NCBI RefSeq assembly: GCF_009834535.1 | Contig: NC_045696.1 | Span: 58,902,001 to 58,966,000, forward strand | Origin: Camelus ferus | Taxonomy: Eukaryota | Length of the DNA stretch: 64,000 bases | Direction: 5' to 3' | In this document: piece by piece, positions 24,494 to 35,510 of the stretch | Numbering within the stretch: position 1 is the stretch's first letter | Layout of the letters: each line of letters starts with the position of its first letter | Program-made: the position numbers and the translations under genes | Notes under the pieces: generated by a model | Database searches by the model: none | Seen by the model: the letters and a program-made list of their open reading frames with translations, nothing else | Told to the model about the DNA's origin: nothing

Positions 24494-25408
24494 GGACTTG
24501 GCTAAACATCTCTGAGAAGGGTTGAGATTCCATCTTACTTCAGACACCATGAGCCTAGACAAAACCCAACCAAACATGCTTTGGGATGAGGCCAGACCCT
24601 CTTCTTCATCTTTTGGACCCAGCTCTTCCTTACCCCCAAGTACTAGCCTCCCACCTCTGGGCCTTATGACAACTTGAATGAGCTGGAAATAGAGCAACAG
24701 AGGTCTTGGAAGAAAGCTTCACACCTTTTGGGGGGTTCCTGATCCAGTGCCAGCCCACCGTTCTGGGGTCACATGAGGCACGTGGGCACACACTACCAGT
24801 GTGGGACAGGAGAATGACAGGCTCCCCAAGTTCTTTTAAAAGCTGGTCATTTGGAAATTCAAGCATTTCCCCACAGGACTGTTGTGATAAATAGGAGTTA
24901 GATTTCTGGGTCAATTAAGCCAAAATTCTGTTTAATGTATATTTTATCTACTCAAATACTCAGATTCACTTTTATCTCTAAAGCACGTGGTTAAGTTTAA
25001 GTGGTTGTTACAGATAGGGTTCAGTGAGCTGACACAAAATCACAGAGAGCTCAAGGTCTGAGAGGTCATTTAGGTCACTGGTTCAATTTTCCTGACTCTG
25101 AGTAGGATTCTAGCCAGAGATAATAAAATCAGGTGGGGGCCATGGGTGTTTTATATTTCTTCCTTCATACTTCTCTCTATCACACAAATTGTCTATAAGG
25201 CAGGTATCCTTGGTAGATGCGGAAGAAAGGTTATTAAGAACTCAGACTTGGTGGGTGGGTGGCAGATGGGTGAGGAGTCTCTCCCACCTCCGTGGCCCCT
25301 GTGATGAGCAGTCATGCTGCCTCCATCCCAGCACTTCTCACCCCTTTCGTCCCAGAGTGGATCTGGATTTTGGGAGGGTTGATCTCAGGTTACTGCCCTG
25401 TTACTGAC

Positions 25409-25536
25409 CTGCTTGCGGAACTTCATCCAGGTGTAGGTGATGGGCTGGGTGCCTGCCACTCTCCCACACAGCTCCACCGGCTCTCCTGCGCGCACCTTTT
25501 GGTCCTCGGGAAACTGGATGATCTGAGGGGGCATGG
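25409..25536 (-). CDS. MYLK: MYLK exon (human exon 22 equivalent), first half of the Ig domain
   Basis: 128 bp. Acceptor ccccag|CCATG, donor GCAG|gtcagt. Translates (A)MPPQIIQFPEDQKVRAGEPVELCGRVAGTQPITYTWMKFRKQ. Confidence 0.97.
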
Positions 25537-26317
25537 CTGGGGGAGGACAAGTGACAGCATGAGCTCCAAGGAGGAGGGAGCCCCAGACATTCTGATCTTA
25601 TTGGACGCTGCAGTCCACATTCGTCTGCTGCTCTTCCCTCGCCTTCGGGAACCTTCAGAGTAAGGTGGAGGGCAGCGACTGCTGCTCCAGAACACCTGAG
25701 CTGAGGGACCTGCTAGGTTTGTTGGTCTCTTGATCCTGATTCCTTCAAAAGTGGCCCACAAATGTACACGGCATAATTCTCCACTTGTTGGTTGCTTGGA
25801 ATCTGTGCCTTACCCTAATTTTTAAAATCTATGCCCTAACTCCTTTATTAAGAAACACCGTGCCTTCTAACCTCCAGGTCACTCTGGCTGATAGGCTCAA
25901 TATGGTTCACATCCTTAAATGTCCTTCTGTGGAAAGCAGACAAGGCTCTTTAGGACAGGAACATGCAGAGCAGAGCATTAAAATAGCACAAAGTGGATCA
26001 TCTCCATACGGGGCAGACTGGGAGGACAGAGGGTCAAGTAGAGTTTTGAAGAAGGGATGAGAAAGTCACTAGCATCTCTCCCACGTGATGCTGTCCATAC
26101 AAGGGAAGCAGGAGAAAAGACAAGTAGAGGAAGAGGGTCAGGGACCAAGGTGTACAGAGGCTCTCAGGGAAAATTCAGCCTGAATAAGCAGAGCTTGAAC
26201 CAGGAGCGGGGGTGGTCTCCCGAGACCATATCCCCAGTAGCCCGTCTAGGAGAGCAAAGAAACAACGCCTCATGGCAGACGACTCCCTTGCCCCTAAATG
26301 TTGCTGTGGCCAATTAC

Positions 26318-26368
26318 CTGCCTTTGGAGGCGTCTTGGGGGCAGGTTTCTTTTTCACAGTTGCATCAC
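26318..26368 (-). CDS. MYLK: MYLK exon (human exon 21 equivalent), Lys/Pro-rich linker
   Basis: 51 bp. Acceptor tttcag|GTGATG, donor GCAG|gtaatt. Translates (S)DATVKKKPAPKTPPKA(A). Confidence 0.96.
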
Positions 26369-27051
26369 CTGAAACAAAGATGTTCACAGGTTATTGTCAG
26401 TTCTGTCTGGTCACAAAGCTCCTGAACCCTAGGAGGGCACAGTCTTGCCCACTGGCCCCTCATCCAGACAGAGCCCCCACTTGAATATATCTTTCTAGAG
26501 ATCTCACAGTTTCACATGGACAACCTCACAAGCAAATGAATATTGCTTCTCAGGGGGGCTTCTGGAGGGAGGTCCATGGAGCCTCCATTGAGATAAAAAC
26601 TCTTAAAAATGCTTAACCTTCCACCATCCATGTCAATGGGGATAACCCCGAACTCACTACTGCTTCTCTTACCCTGGCTTTCAGGAAACTCAGAAGGGAA
26701 ATTATGTTAGATAATCCAACTAAATTTAGCCTTTGGTGTGGATCCAAGGGTCTCGGGCTTCCTTTGGGTCACAGGCTATGGACCGGTGGCTTTTCATTTT
26801 TTTTAACGTTTGCTGAATGGATCAATGAATGAATGAACAAATGAATGAACCAACCAATGGTCTCCTCCATTCTTACCCCTATGTTTCCCAAATAACTCAA
26901 GCAAGAAAAATAACCCAAATCGACCAGTTTCGCAGCACAAACTTACTCATTTGTTTAAATTGCAATATGGCAAATATGCAAAAATATATTTAGCTATCTT
27001 CATGGCTTGTTTTCATATTTCTTTCAGGTCCTTGTTCAAAAGTCATCTAAC

Positions 27052-28495
27052 CTACTTATCCGAGTGAAATGAAAACCTACATGCACACAAACACCTGCAT
27101 GTGAATGTTTGTAGTGGGTTCATTTGTAATTTCCAAACATAGAGGTTATCCAAATGTCCCTCGACTGGAGAACGGACGAACTGTGGTACGTTCATACAAT
27201 GAAATACTACTTACTCATCAACAGAAAGGACCAAGCTTCTGGTGAACACACAAATGAGTCTCAGTGAGCCAGCTTTCTCTTCTGCCGAGAGAAGCCAGAC
27301 TCAAAGGCTATGTACTGCATAATTCTATTTATAGAACATTTTAGAAAAGGAAAAACTGTAGGGTCAGAGAAAAGGTGGGTGGAGGATACTGACTACTGAG
27401 GGGCACAAGGACATGTTTTAAGGTGACAGAACCATATCTTGGTTGTGGTGGGAGTTACATGACTTCGCATTTGTCAAGGCTCACGGAACTGTGCACTAGA
27501 ACAGGTGAATTTTACTGGATGGCAGATTATACCTTAATATGAAAAATGAAAAGTTGGAGTCACTTAACGAATGAGATCCTCCCTAACCACACTGTATCAA
27601 ATAGCTGTGGTTTTCCATAGGAGCAGAGAATCAGATGGTGGTTACCAAGGGCTGGGCGAAAGGAAACATGGGAATTTGTCTTCTAATGGATATAAAGTTT
27701 GCATTATGCAAGAATGAATAAACTCTAGAGATCTTCTGTATAATACAGTGCCTATAGATAACAATATGGTATTGTGCACTTTAAAATTTGTTAAGAGGAT
27801 AGATTTCATGTTAAGTGTTCTTACCAAACAAATGCACACACATACAGAACACAGGAAATGTCTGGCGGGGAAGGACATATTTAGTGCCCTGTTGTGATGA
27901 TGGTATCACATGTGTGCATTTGCCCAGACTCATAAAGATGTATACATTACATGTGTGCAATTTTGTGTATGTCAATTATGCTAAAAAGATGACATGTTTG
28001 CCCACGAAGAAATGGGAATAAATTTCGAAGGTTTAAAACCACACAAAATGTTTTTCTGAGAAGTGGAATTAAGCTAAAAATCAATGATAATAATATAACC
28101 AGAAATTCTTTCTTCATGTCTGGAAACTCAGAAATAAAAATTCTAAATAAAACAACAACAACTACGTGTGGTTTTATGAGAGACTGTCCCTTTTTTTAGG
28201 AAATAATACTGAAGTACTTAAGTGTAGAGGATGTCTTACGTGCAACTTATTTTCAAACTGCTCATAAAAAACAGCGTGTATGTAAGTATGTATAGACTTA
28301 TACATGCATGTGTGAAGAAGCAGAAGGAAAAAAGAGGTGGGAAAAGAGAAAGAGAATATATGACAAAGCAAACATGGTAAAATGTTAATATTTGAGAAAT
28401 CTGAGTGAAGGGTCTGTAAGAATTACTTGTACTATTTTTGCAGCTTTTCTGTAAATCTGAAATTATTTCAAAATAAAAGTTGAACAGAAAGTTAA
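27052..28495 (+). mobile_element. Cluster of old L1M fragments (several subfamilies, approximate ends)
   Basis: gtgaaatgaaaacctacatgcacacaaacacctgc; gatggtggttaccaagggctgggc...ttgttaagaggatagatttcatgttaagtgttcttacc; gaattacttgtactatttttgcagcttttctgtaaatctgaaattatttcaaaataaaa. Confidence 0.75.
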
Positions 28496-28771
28496 AAAAA
28501 AGTTTTATCTAGCCAACATAATGTAGTTGTTCAACTGAAGGAGAAAGAGAGAACACTGTTGAGGAGATGGTTGGGGGGTGGGACACAGTGGGGACCTGAG
28601 GACTAGGGGTGATCTGACCTAGAGAGGAGAGAATAGCCCCACTGGTCAGGAACAGAGTGATTGAGAGTAGAGAATCAGGGTGATGTTTGGAAGAAGGTGG
28701 CCAGAGCACAGGGCTGGTATCAGAAAGCAGTAGCATGAAGATAGTGTGACAATTTACGTTAAAGAAAATAA

Positions 28772-28900
28772 AGAATTCCCTTCCCTCAGTGACACTAGTC
28801 GTATTTCAAGTGCTCACAGCCATGCACGGTTAGTGGCTTCCTTATTGTGAAGACATAGAACACTGCCATCATCACAGAAAGTTCTACTGGATAGAGCTGG
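28772..28900 (-). mobile_element. Partial MER3
   Basis: cctcagtgacactagtcgtatttcaagtgctc...catagaacactgccatcatcacagaaagttctactggatagagctg. Confidence 0.7.
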
Positions 28901-30076
28901 TTGGAAGGTCGAGTCTGAGAGTTAGGTCTTTGTCTGGAATAAACAGGGAGTCCTGACACAGACAGCGGTCCAGCTGGGCTAGAGGACCCTAGAGGCCTCT
29001 CCAACTCTGGGAGACAAGAATATCCAATTAGGAGGCTACTGCCATACTCTTAGAGGAAACTGACCAAGGTCCAGCTTTGGTAAAGGCAGCAGAGAAAAAA
29101 TACAAATAAGAGATGGAAGAAAAGTTAAAAGAACTTACGGACTAAACAAGAGAGAGGTACAAAGATTCCTCAGGGATGTCTTGCTGGAATAAATGGGAAA
29201 GACTGTGTCGACGGAATACAGAACTTGGGAGTGAGAGGTGAGGAGTTTGGCTTGGTCCAAAAGAATGTGGTGCATGAAAGGGTTTAATCTGTGTATAGGC
29301 TAGAAGCCCAGGGTCAGAATTCTAGAGACAGCTGGTGGAAGCTGCAAGTGAAAGATTTCAGGATCAAATGTGCAATTATAATGGAAACTGAGGATGGGTC
29401 AGTTCTTTGGGGAAAAGAATACAAGGAAAGATGAGAAAGGGCGAGGGTCTGATCCTCGGCGATGCCCACAGCAAGGGGCTGGGATGAAGGGGCTGTGGGG
29501 GGACCCCACAGGTAGAAGGAGGACTGTCACTGAAACCCAGAGTGGAGGAGGATGGGCACTGGGAAGATGTGACAGCATCGGGTGATGGGTGGTGTTTGAG
29601 AAGGTAGGTTCAGTGGGACGGTGGGGTCAGAAGTTGCCCTGGAGGAGATTCTCAAGGAAACAGGTAGGGAGTCAACTCATCTGTCAAGAATTCCAGAGGT
29701 GAAAGGGACAAAGAGAAACAGGGTGACAGAAGTGGACATAACAAGCTAAGGTTTCTTCCAAGGTAAGAGAGGAGAGTACAGGTTTGAAAGCAGAGGGCTG
29801 GGACTAGGTGGAGAGGGAGAGCCCAGAGATGCTAGCAGGGAGGAGCCTGAGAAAGCCAGAGCCCTCAGGAGTGGAAACCAGCTGGGATATGGACCACTCA
29901 TCACTGGCTGAGCCACGAAGCCCTGCCCCTCTGCATCCAGGGTTGCTGGGAAGGGAGAGGGCACAGCTGGGAGAGAGAGGCCCTGGAGGGAAGGAAGAAG
30001 GACTCTTACCAGAGCCAGGATCTGACCTCCTGGGAGAGGGAAAGCCATCGATTCAGGGAACGGTGTGGAGGGGTAT

Positions 30077-30466
30077 TGTTACAGGCTGAGTTGGGTCCCC
30101 TACAATTCGTATGTTGAAACCCTAACTCCTAAAACCTAGAATATGACTATATTTGGAGACAGGGCCTTTAAAGAGGTGATTAAATTAAAAGGAGGATATG
30201 AGGGTGGGCCCTAATCCAAACCGACTGGTGTCCTTATAAGAAGAGGAAATTTGGGCACACAGAGAGACACCAGGGACGCACGCACAGAGGAAAGGCCACG
30301 TGAGGACACAGCAAGAAGGCCGCCACCTGCTAGCCAAGGAAAGAGGCCCCTGGAGAAACCGAACCCACCAACACCTCGATCTCGGACCTCCCGCCTCCCG
30401 AACTGTGAGACAATGCATTTCTGATGTCAGGCCGCCCGGTCTGTGGTACTAGGTTACGGCACAGAC
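30077..30466 (+). mobile_element. MLT1B-like MaLR solo LTR
   Basis: tgttacaggctgagttgggtcccc...tatttggagacagggcctttaaagaggtgatta...gactggtgtccttataagaagagg...gaactgtgagacaatgcatttctg follows the MLT1B consensus. Confidence 0.85.
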
Positions 30467-31129
30467 GACGCTCAAGTCCCACCCTGTACTATTCCTGGAG
30501 GCTCTGGGTAAACCTATGTGGCCAGAAGCACAGGCTGAACTGGTATCTATCTTTCTGTAGTACAGTGAAATATGACTGAAGCCCAAAGTTTTATGTTTGT
30601 TCTTTAAATTTGGAGCATCTCCTGTTTGAATTGGTTAGCATTTGAAACTGCTTTGGTTCCTCTCAGTAACAACAATTTTAAATGTTAACAATGTTCTGTG
30701 TCCTATGCTACACGTATTTTATAGGACCATCTGCTGAAATCTATTCATTGTGTTCTGGGCTTAGAAGAGCATGATACGTGGATTAAAAAGCAGAGCCACC
30801 AGATTCTAAAATCTGGTTTCTCGTAGAGAGCTGGACTCAGTGAGTTGAGTTTCTAACCCATGGTCTCATCATCCTTTTGCTCATTGGGTTCTTAACACAA
30901 CCAGACACAAGCAGGACACTGCACAGTTTCCATTTCACAAGAAAGGAGACGGATCCCAGTAAAACTCAGGAGACTTGCTGGGTTCATAAAACTACATGTG
31001 ACCAAGTTAGCAACAGGACCTGAGCCCCCTGCCGCCCAGTGTCCGGCTACTTTCTTCCTGTTGCCTGTGTACTCCAGCTGACTCTGCCCCATCTGCAAAT
31101 CTAGGCCCTTGGAACCCGGCAGAAGTGCC

Positions 31130-31325
31130 GTGAGCATAGGCTCTGGTGCTGGACTTGGGTTCAAACACTGCCCTGTTACTCTCTAAGCTCACTTAGGGCA
31201 CCTTTTTAACCTCTTGGAGCTTCGGTTTCATCATTCAAAATATGTAGAAAGAATAAATAAACTTTGTTGTAAAGAACTGAGCTACATTGTAAAAAAAGGT
31301 ATAGCATACAGTGCGTGCTCTAATA
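31130..31325 (+). mobile_element. MIR fragment (approximate ends)
   Basis: ggctctggtgctggacttgggttcaaac...tttaacctcttggagcttcggtttcatcattcaaaat. Confidence 0.6.
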
Positions 31326-31899
31326 CCAGCACCCTCCTTCACCCCACTTCCCCAAACAGAGCCCCAGAGGACTGCTCTGTACTTTTCTTCACCTGTTTAG
31401 TCCCCGCACTGTCAGTCCGGTCAGCATTATACCTACACGAGGTCTCCTGTGCTGCACCTGAAGATCTTTCCCTAGTTCAGGTCCTCAGTAGAGGTAACAT
31501 TCTGCCAGTCCAGATGCTCAAACTCTCAGTACTTCTTGGGTCACCAACTAATTTCCTTTCCTCTGGATGCACCCTTCTTATTATCTTGTTATTTGTCAGC
31601 CTTTTGCCCCTCACCCCCTTCTCCGACACCTCAAACTTTCTGCACTAGCCATTGTCAGAGAGGAATACGACAGAAGGAAAATAAAATCCAACCATCTTTG
31701 CAAAACCCATGACAGCCACCAGCCACAGGGTCAGGCAAGGACAGAGCATCCTCCCTCTCCTGCCCCGGGGTGTCTGTCCCTCTCCCAGACAGACAGCCCC
31801 AGGCAGCAAACCCCGCCTAGTACAGCATTGCTCCCCAGACTCTCAAACTCCCCAAGCTGCTCTGAGTTCCACTTTGTCCCCATTTTTCTGCTGCCCTCA

Positions 31900-32835
31900 T
31901 CTTCCCTGGAGCCCAGACCTCTCTCCTGAGCCCACCTACACGTCCCACTCCTTGACCACCATCTCCTTAGGCACATACTGCAAACCCCATACATCCAAAC
32001 CCAAATCCAGGGTCTTCTTCCCATACTGTTGCTTGTCTCTGTTCTCTCAAGGCCCCCTCCCTGCTCATATCCAGTCACTAATTAATGTCTGTTAATTCCA
32101 TCAACTAAATAACCTCTGTCTGCCAATTTCCACATCCCCACTGTCACCATGCGAGTCCTAACTGTGCCACTTCCTAGACCTCTGGTCCTCTGTCTCCACC
32201 CTAATACATCCATCACTCAGTGGCCAAAGTGGCCTTTCTCAAACACATGTCTGATGTCACTCCACTGTTTAAACCTCTCCAGTAGCTTCCTACTGCCTCT
32301 TAGGATTCAGTTCAACTCGTCAGACAAGGGCCTTTGAGATCTGTCTCTGGCATTCATCTCCAGCCTTCTTTTTTACTGTTCCTTCTTGGGGAACGCCCTC
32401 ACCCATGCCCCTGACACCTAGTGTGCATGACGATCACCTGGGAGACTTGCTAAAAACACAGATTCTGGGCCTTCCTGGGGAGCTGATGCTGCTGGTCCCT
32501 GCACCACCTTCTGGGGGCACCACTCTGTACTCCATACTGAAGGCCTTTCAGTCTCTATAATGCCACGCTTTTGTTGCCAGCTCTTTGTTGACTCTTGCAC
32601 ATTCTTGGCCAGGTCCCAGCTCACACATCACTGCTGCCAGGCTGGGTTCCATGCCCCTCCAAGGTGGTTCAATCTCAGCAGTCATCACAAGGCATCACAG
32701 TTGCAGGAGACTGCCCCCAATGCACATGTACATGGCAGGCTCCCTGGGGACAGGAGCAGGGCCCATCTTGTTCACGTTCTGTCTCCCAGTGCCTAGCAAA
32801 GTACCGGAACAGGCTTTAAAACAGCTCTTAAAGGA
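31900..32835 (+). mobile_element. L2 3' region with a small MER5A-like insert at about 32418-32528 (approximate ends)
   Basis: tctgatgtcactccactgtttaaacctctccagtagcttcc and ggctccctggggacagg...tcttgttcacgttctgtctcccagtgcctagc are L2 motifs. gatcacctgggagacttgctaaaaacacagattctgggcc is MER5-like. Confidence 0.6.
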
Positions 32836-33972
32836 ATCTGGGAAACCCCTGAGGATCTCTGTTAACCTAGGAACACTCCACCCCACCCCTGGGCTCTGAT
32901 GCTCAGAGATAAAGCCCCTTGGCTTGAATCCTTGTGCAACTTTCCATGGAAAGGAGAGGGCCCAGAGATTTCCCATCAAGATGGCGGAGTGGTAGGACCA
33001 CGAGCTCACCTCTCCTAGCGACTACAACGAAACCACAACTGACTGCTAAACAATCATCGAAAAATAGACTGGAACCTAGCAAAAAAGATCTTCTTCAACT
33101 GGAAACATAAAAAGGGAACCACAGCAGGACAGTAGGAGGGGCGTGCTTGCGATATAATCGGGCCCCGGGCCCCTCTGGTGGGCGACCCACAAGCTGAATA
33201 ATAGTTGAGTTGCAGAGGCCCTCCCACAAGACTGGGAGTTCTAAGCCCCACATCATGCCCCCCAGCCGGGGTTCTGGCATTGGGAAGAGAAGGATACCCC
33301 AGGACATCTGGTTTTGAAGGCCAGCAGGGCTTAGCTCCAGGAGCCCCAGAGGACTGGGGGTAACAGAATTCATTCTCTTGGGAAGTGTACACAGAATCTC
33401 ACATGTGCCAGGGCAGAGGCAGTGATTTCATAGGATCCTAGGCCAGGCCTGTCTGCTGGTTTTGAAAGTTCTCCTGGGGATGCAGGGGATGATTGTGGCT
33501 CACTCAGGGGACATAAAAGCTGGTGGCGGACAATCTGGGAGTGTTCATCTACATGAGCTGACATCTTGATTGGATCATTAGCACCAAGACCTAGCCGCAC
33601 TCATCAGCAGACCTCCTGAGCCACAAAATCCTCTAGATATGGCCCCACCCACCAGAGGTCCAGGACCAAGCCTCACCCAGCAATGGGTAGGCACCAGCTC
33701 CTCCTGCCAGGAAACCTGCATAAGCGTCTAGTCCAGCCTCATCCACCAGGGGCAGATATCAGAAATTAGAAAACAACAATCCCAAAGCCTGTGGATGGAA
33801 TCCACAAACACAGGCCAGACCCTACACTGGGACCAGTTGGACCCTGGCCCTTGTATGACAAGAGAGGAGTGTACTGCTGGGACACATAGGATGTCTCCAA
33901 CAGAGGGCCACCTCTCTAAGGTTGAGAAGCATAACTAACCTACCTAAAAATACAAATAGAAAGATAGATGAT

Positions 33973-34868
33973 ATGAAGTGGCAGAGGAATATCTCCCAGG
34001 CCAAGGCAGAAGATAAAATCCCAGAAGAAGAAATAAGTGATGAGGAGATAGGCAATTTATCTGAGAAAGAGTTTAAAGTAATGATGGACAAGATGTTCAG
34101 AGACCTCAAGAGGAATAAAGAGAAGTTTTGCACAGAAAGAAGTTTTAAGCAAGGAGTTGGAAAATATAAAGAATACCCAAATAGAGTTGAAGAATAAAAT
34201 CACTGAAATGAATAACACACTAGAAGGAACCAAGAATAGACTAAATGAGGTAGAAGAACGGATCAATGAGCTAGAAGACAGATTAGTGGAAATCACTACT
34301 GCAGAACAGAAAAAAGAAAAAAGAACGAAAAGAAATGAGGATAGTTTAAGAGAACTTCGGGACAATATGAAGCACACTAATATTCACATTATAGAGGTCC
34401 CAGAAAGAGAAGAGAGAAAGGATCTGAGAAAATTTTTGGAGATATAATAACTGAAAACTTCCCCAATGTGGGACAGGAAACAGTCACCCAAGTCCAGGAA
34501 GCACAGAGAGTTCCACACAGGATCAACCTAAAGAGGAGCACACCAAGGCACACAGTAATCAAACTGACAAAAATTAAAGATAAGGATAAAACATTACAAC
34601 TAGCAAGAGAAAAGCAACAAATAACATACAAAGGAACTCCCATAAGGTTTCAGCTGATTTTTCAGCAGAAATTCTACAGGCCAGAAGGGACTGGCATGAT
34701 ATATTTACAGTAATGAAAGGGAAAAATTTACAACCAAGAATACTCTATCCAGCAAGGCTCTCCTTCAGATTTGATGGAGAAATCGAAAGCTTCACAGATA
34801 AACAAAAGCTAAAAGAATTCAGCACCACCAAACCAGCTTTACAACAAATGTTACAGGAACTTCTCTAG
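33973..34868 (+). pseudogene. Degenerate L1 ORF1 (RNA-binding/coiled-coil protein) with several frameshifts
   Basis: Fragments MKWQRNISQ...EKEFKVM, ELKNKITEMNNTLEG...RINELEDR...HTNIHII, QEAQRVPHRIN...TPRHTVIK...QITYKGTPIR and RILYPARLSF...TTKPALQQMLQELL*. Confidence 0.9.
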
Positions 34869-34930
34869 TCATCAAACCATAAGAAAAGAGAACAAAAAGA
34901 AGAAAGAGAGAAAAAAAAAGACCTCCAAAA

Positions 34931-35232
34931 GATTATTTTGGCAGTTCGGGGTCTTTTATGGTTCCATATAAATTTTGGGATTGTTTGCTCTAGTTCTGTG
35001 AAGAACGTTGTGAGCACTTTGACAGGAGTTGCATTGGATCTGTAGATTGCTTTGGGTAGCGCGATCATTTTGATAATGTTGATTCTTCCAACCCAAGAGC
35101 ACAAGATATCTTTCTATTTCTTTGTATCATCTTCAATTTCCTTCGTCAATGTTTTACAGTTTTCAGAGCATAGGTAACCTCCTTGGTTAAGTTTATTTCT
35201 AGGTATTTTGTTGTTTTTGATGCAATGTAAAT
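34931..35232 (-). mobile_element. Inverted L1 ORF2 fragment (post-RT region)
   Basis: Minus-strand translation [55 protein letters not shown] is a typical ORF2p segment. Confidence 0.9.
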
Positions 35233-35342
35233 TTTTATGCCAGTTAGTGGGGTGTATGTATCTTTTTGAATTAATTCTTATTTTGTGGTTGGCTTTCTTT
35301 ATTCCTCTGATAATTATGTAAGTTTAAAAAGCTAAAGCTCTA

Positions 35343-35510
35343 TACTGTATAGCACAGGGAAATGTATACAAGATCTTGTGGTAGCTCATGGTGGAAAAGT
35401 ATGTGACAATGAATATACGTATGTTTATGTATAAATGAAAAATTATGTTCTCTACTGGAAATTGACACAACATTGTAAACTGACTATAACTCAATAAAAT
35501 AAAATTAAAA
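35343..35510 (+). mobile_element. Younger 5'-truncated L1 3' end (168 bp) nested in the HAL1-like element
   Basis: 17-bp TSD AAAAAGCTAAAGCTCTA at 35326-35342 and 35511-35527. TT|AAAAA target site. Ends cattgtaaactgactataactcaataaaa plus an A-rich tail. Confidence 0.88.
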
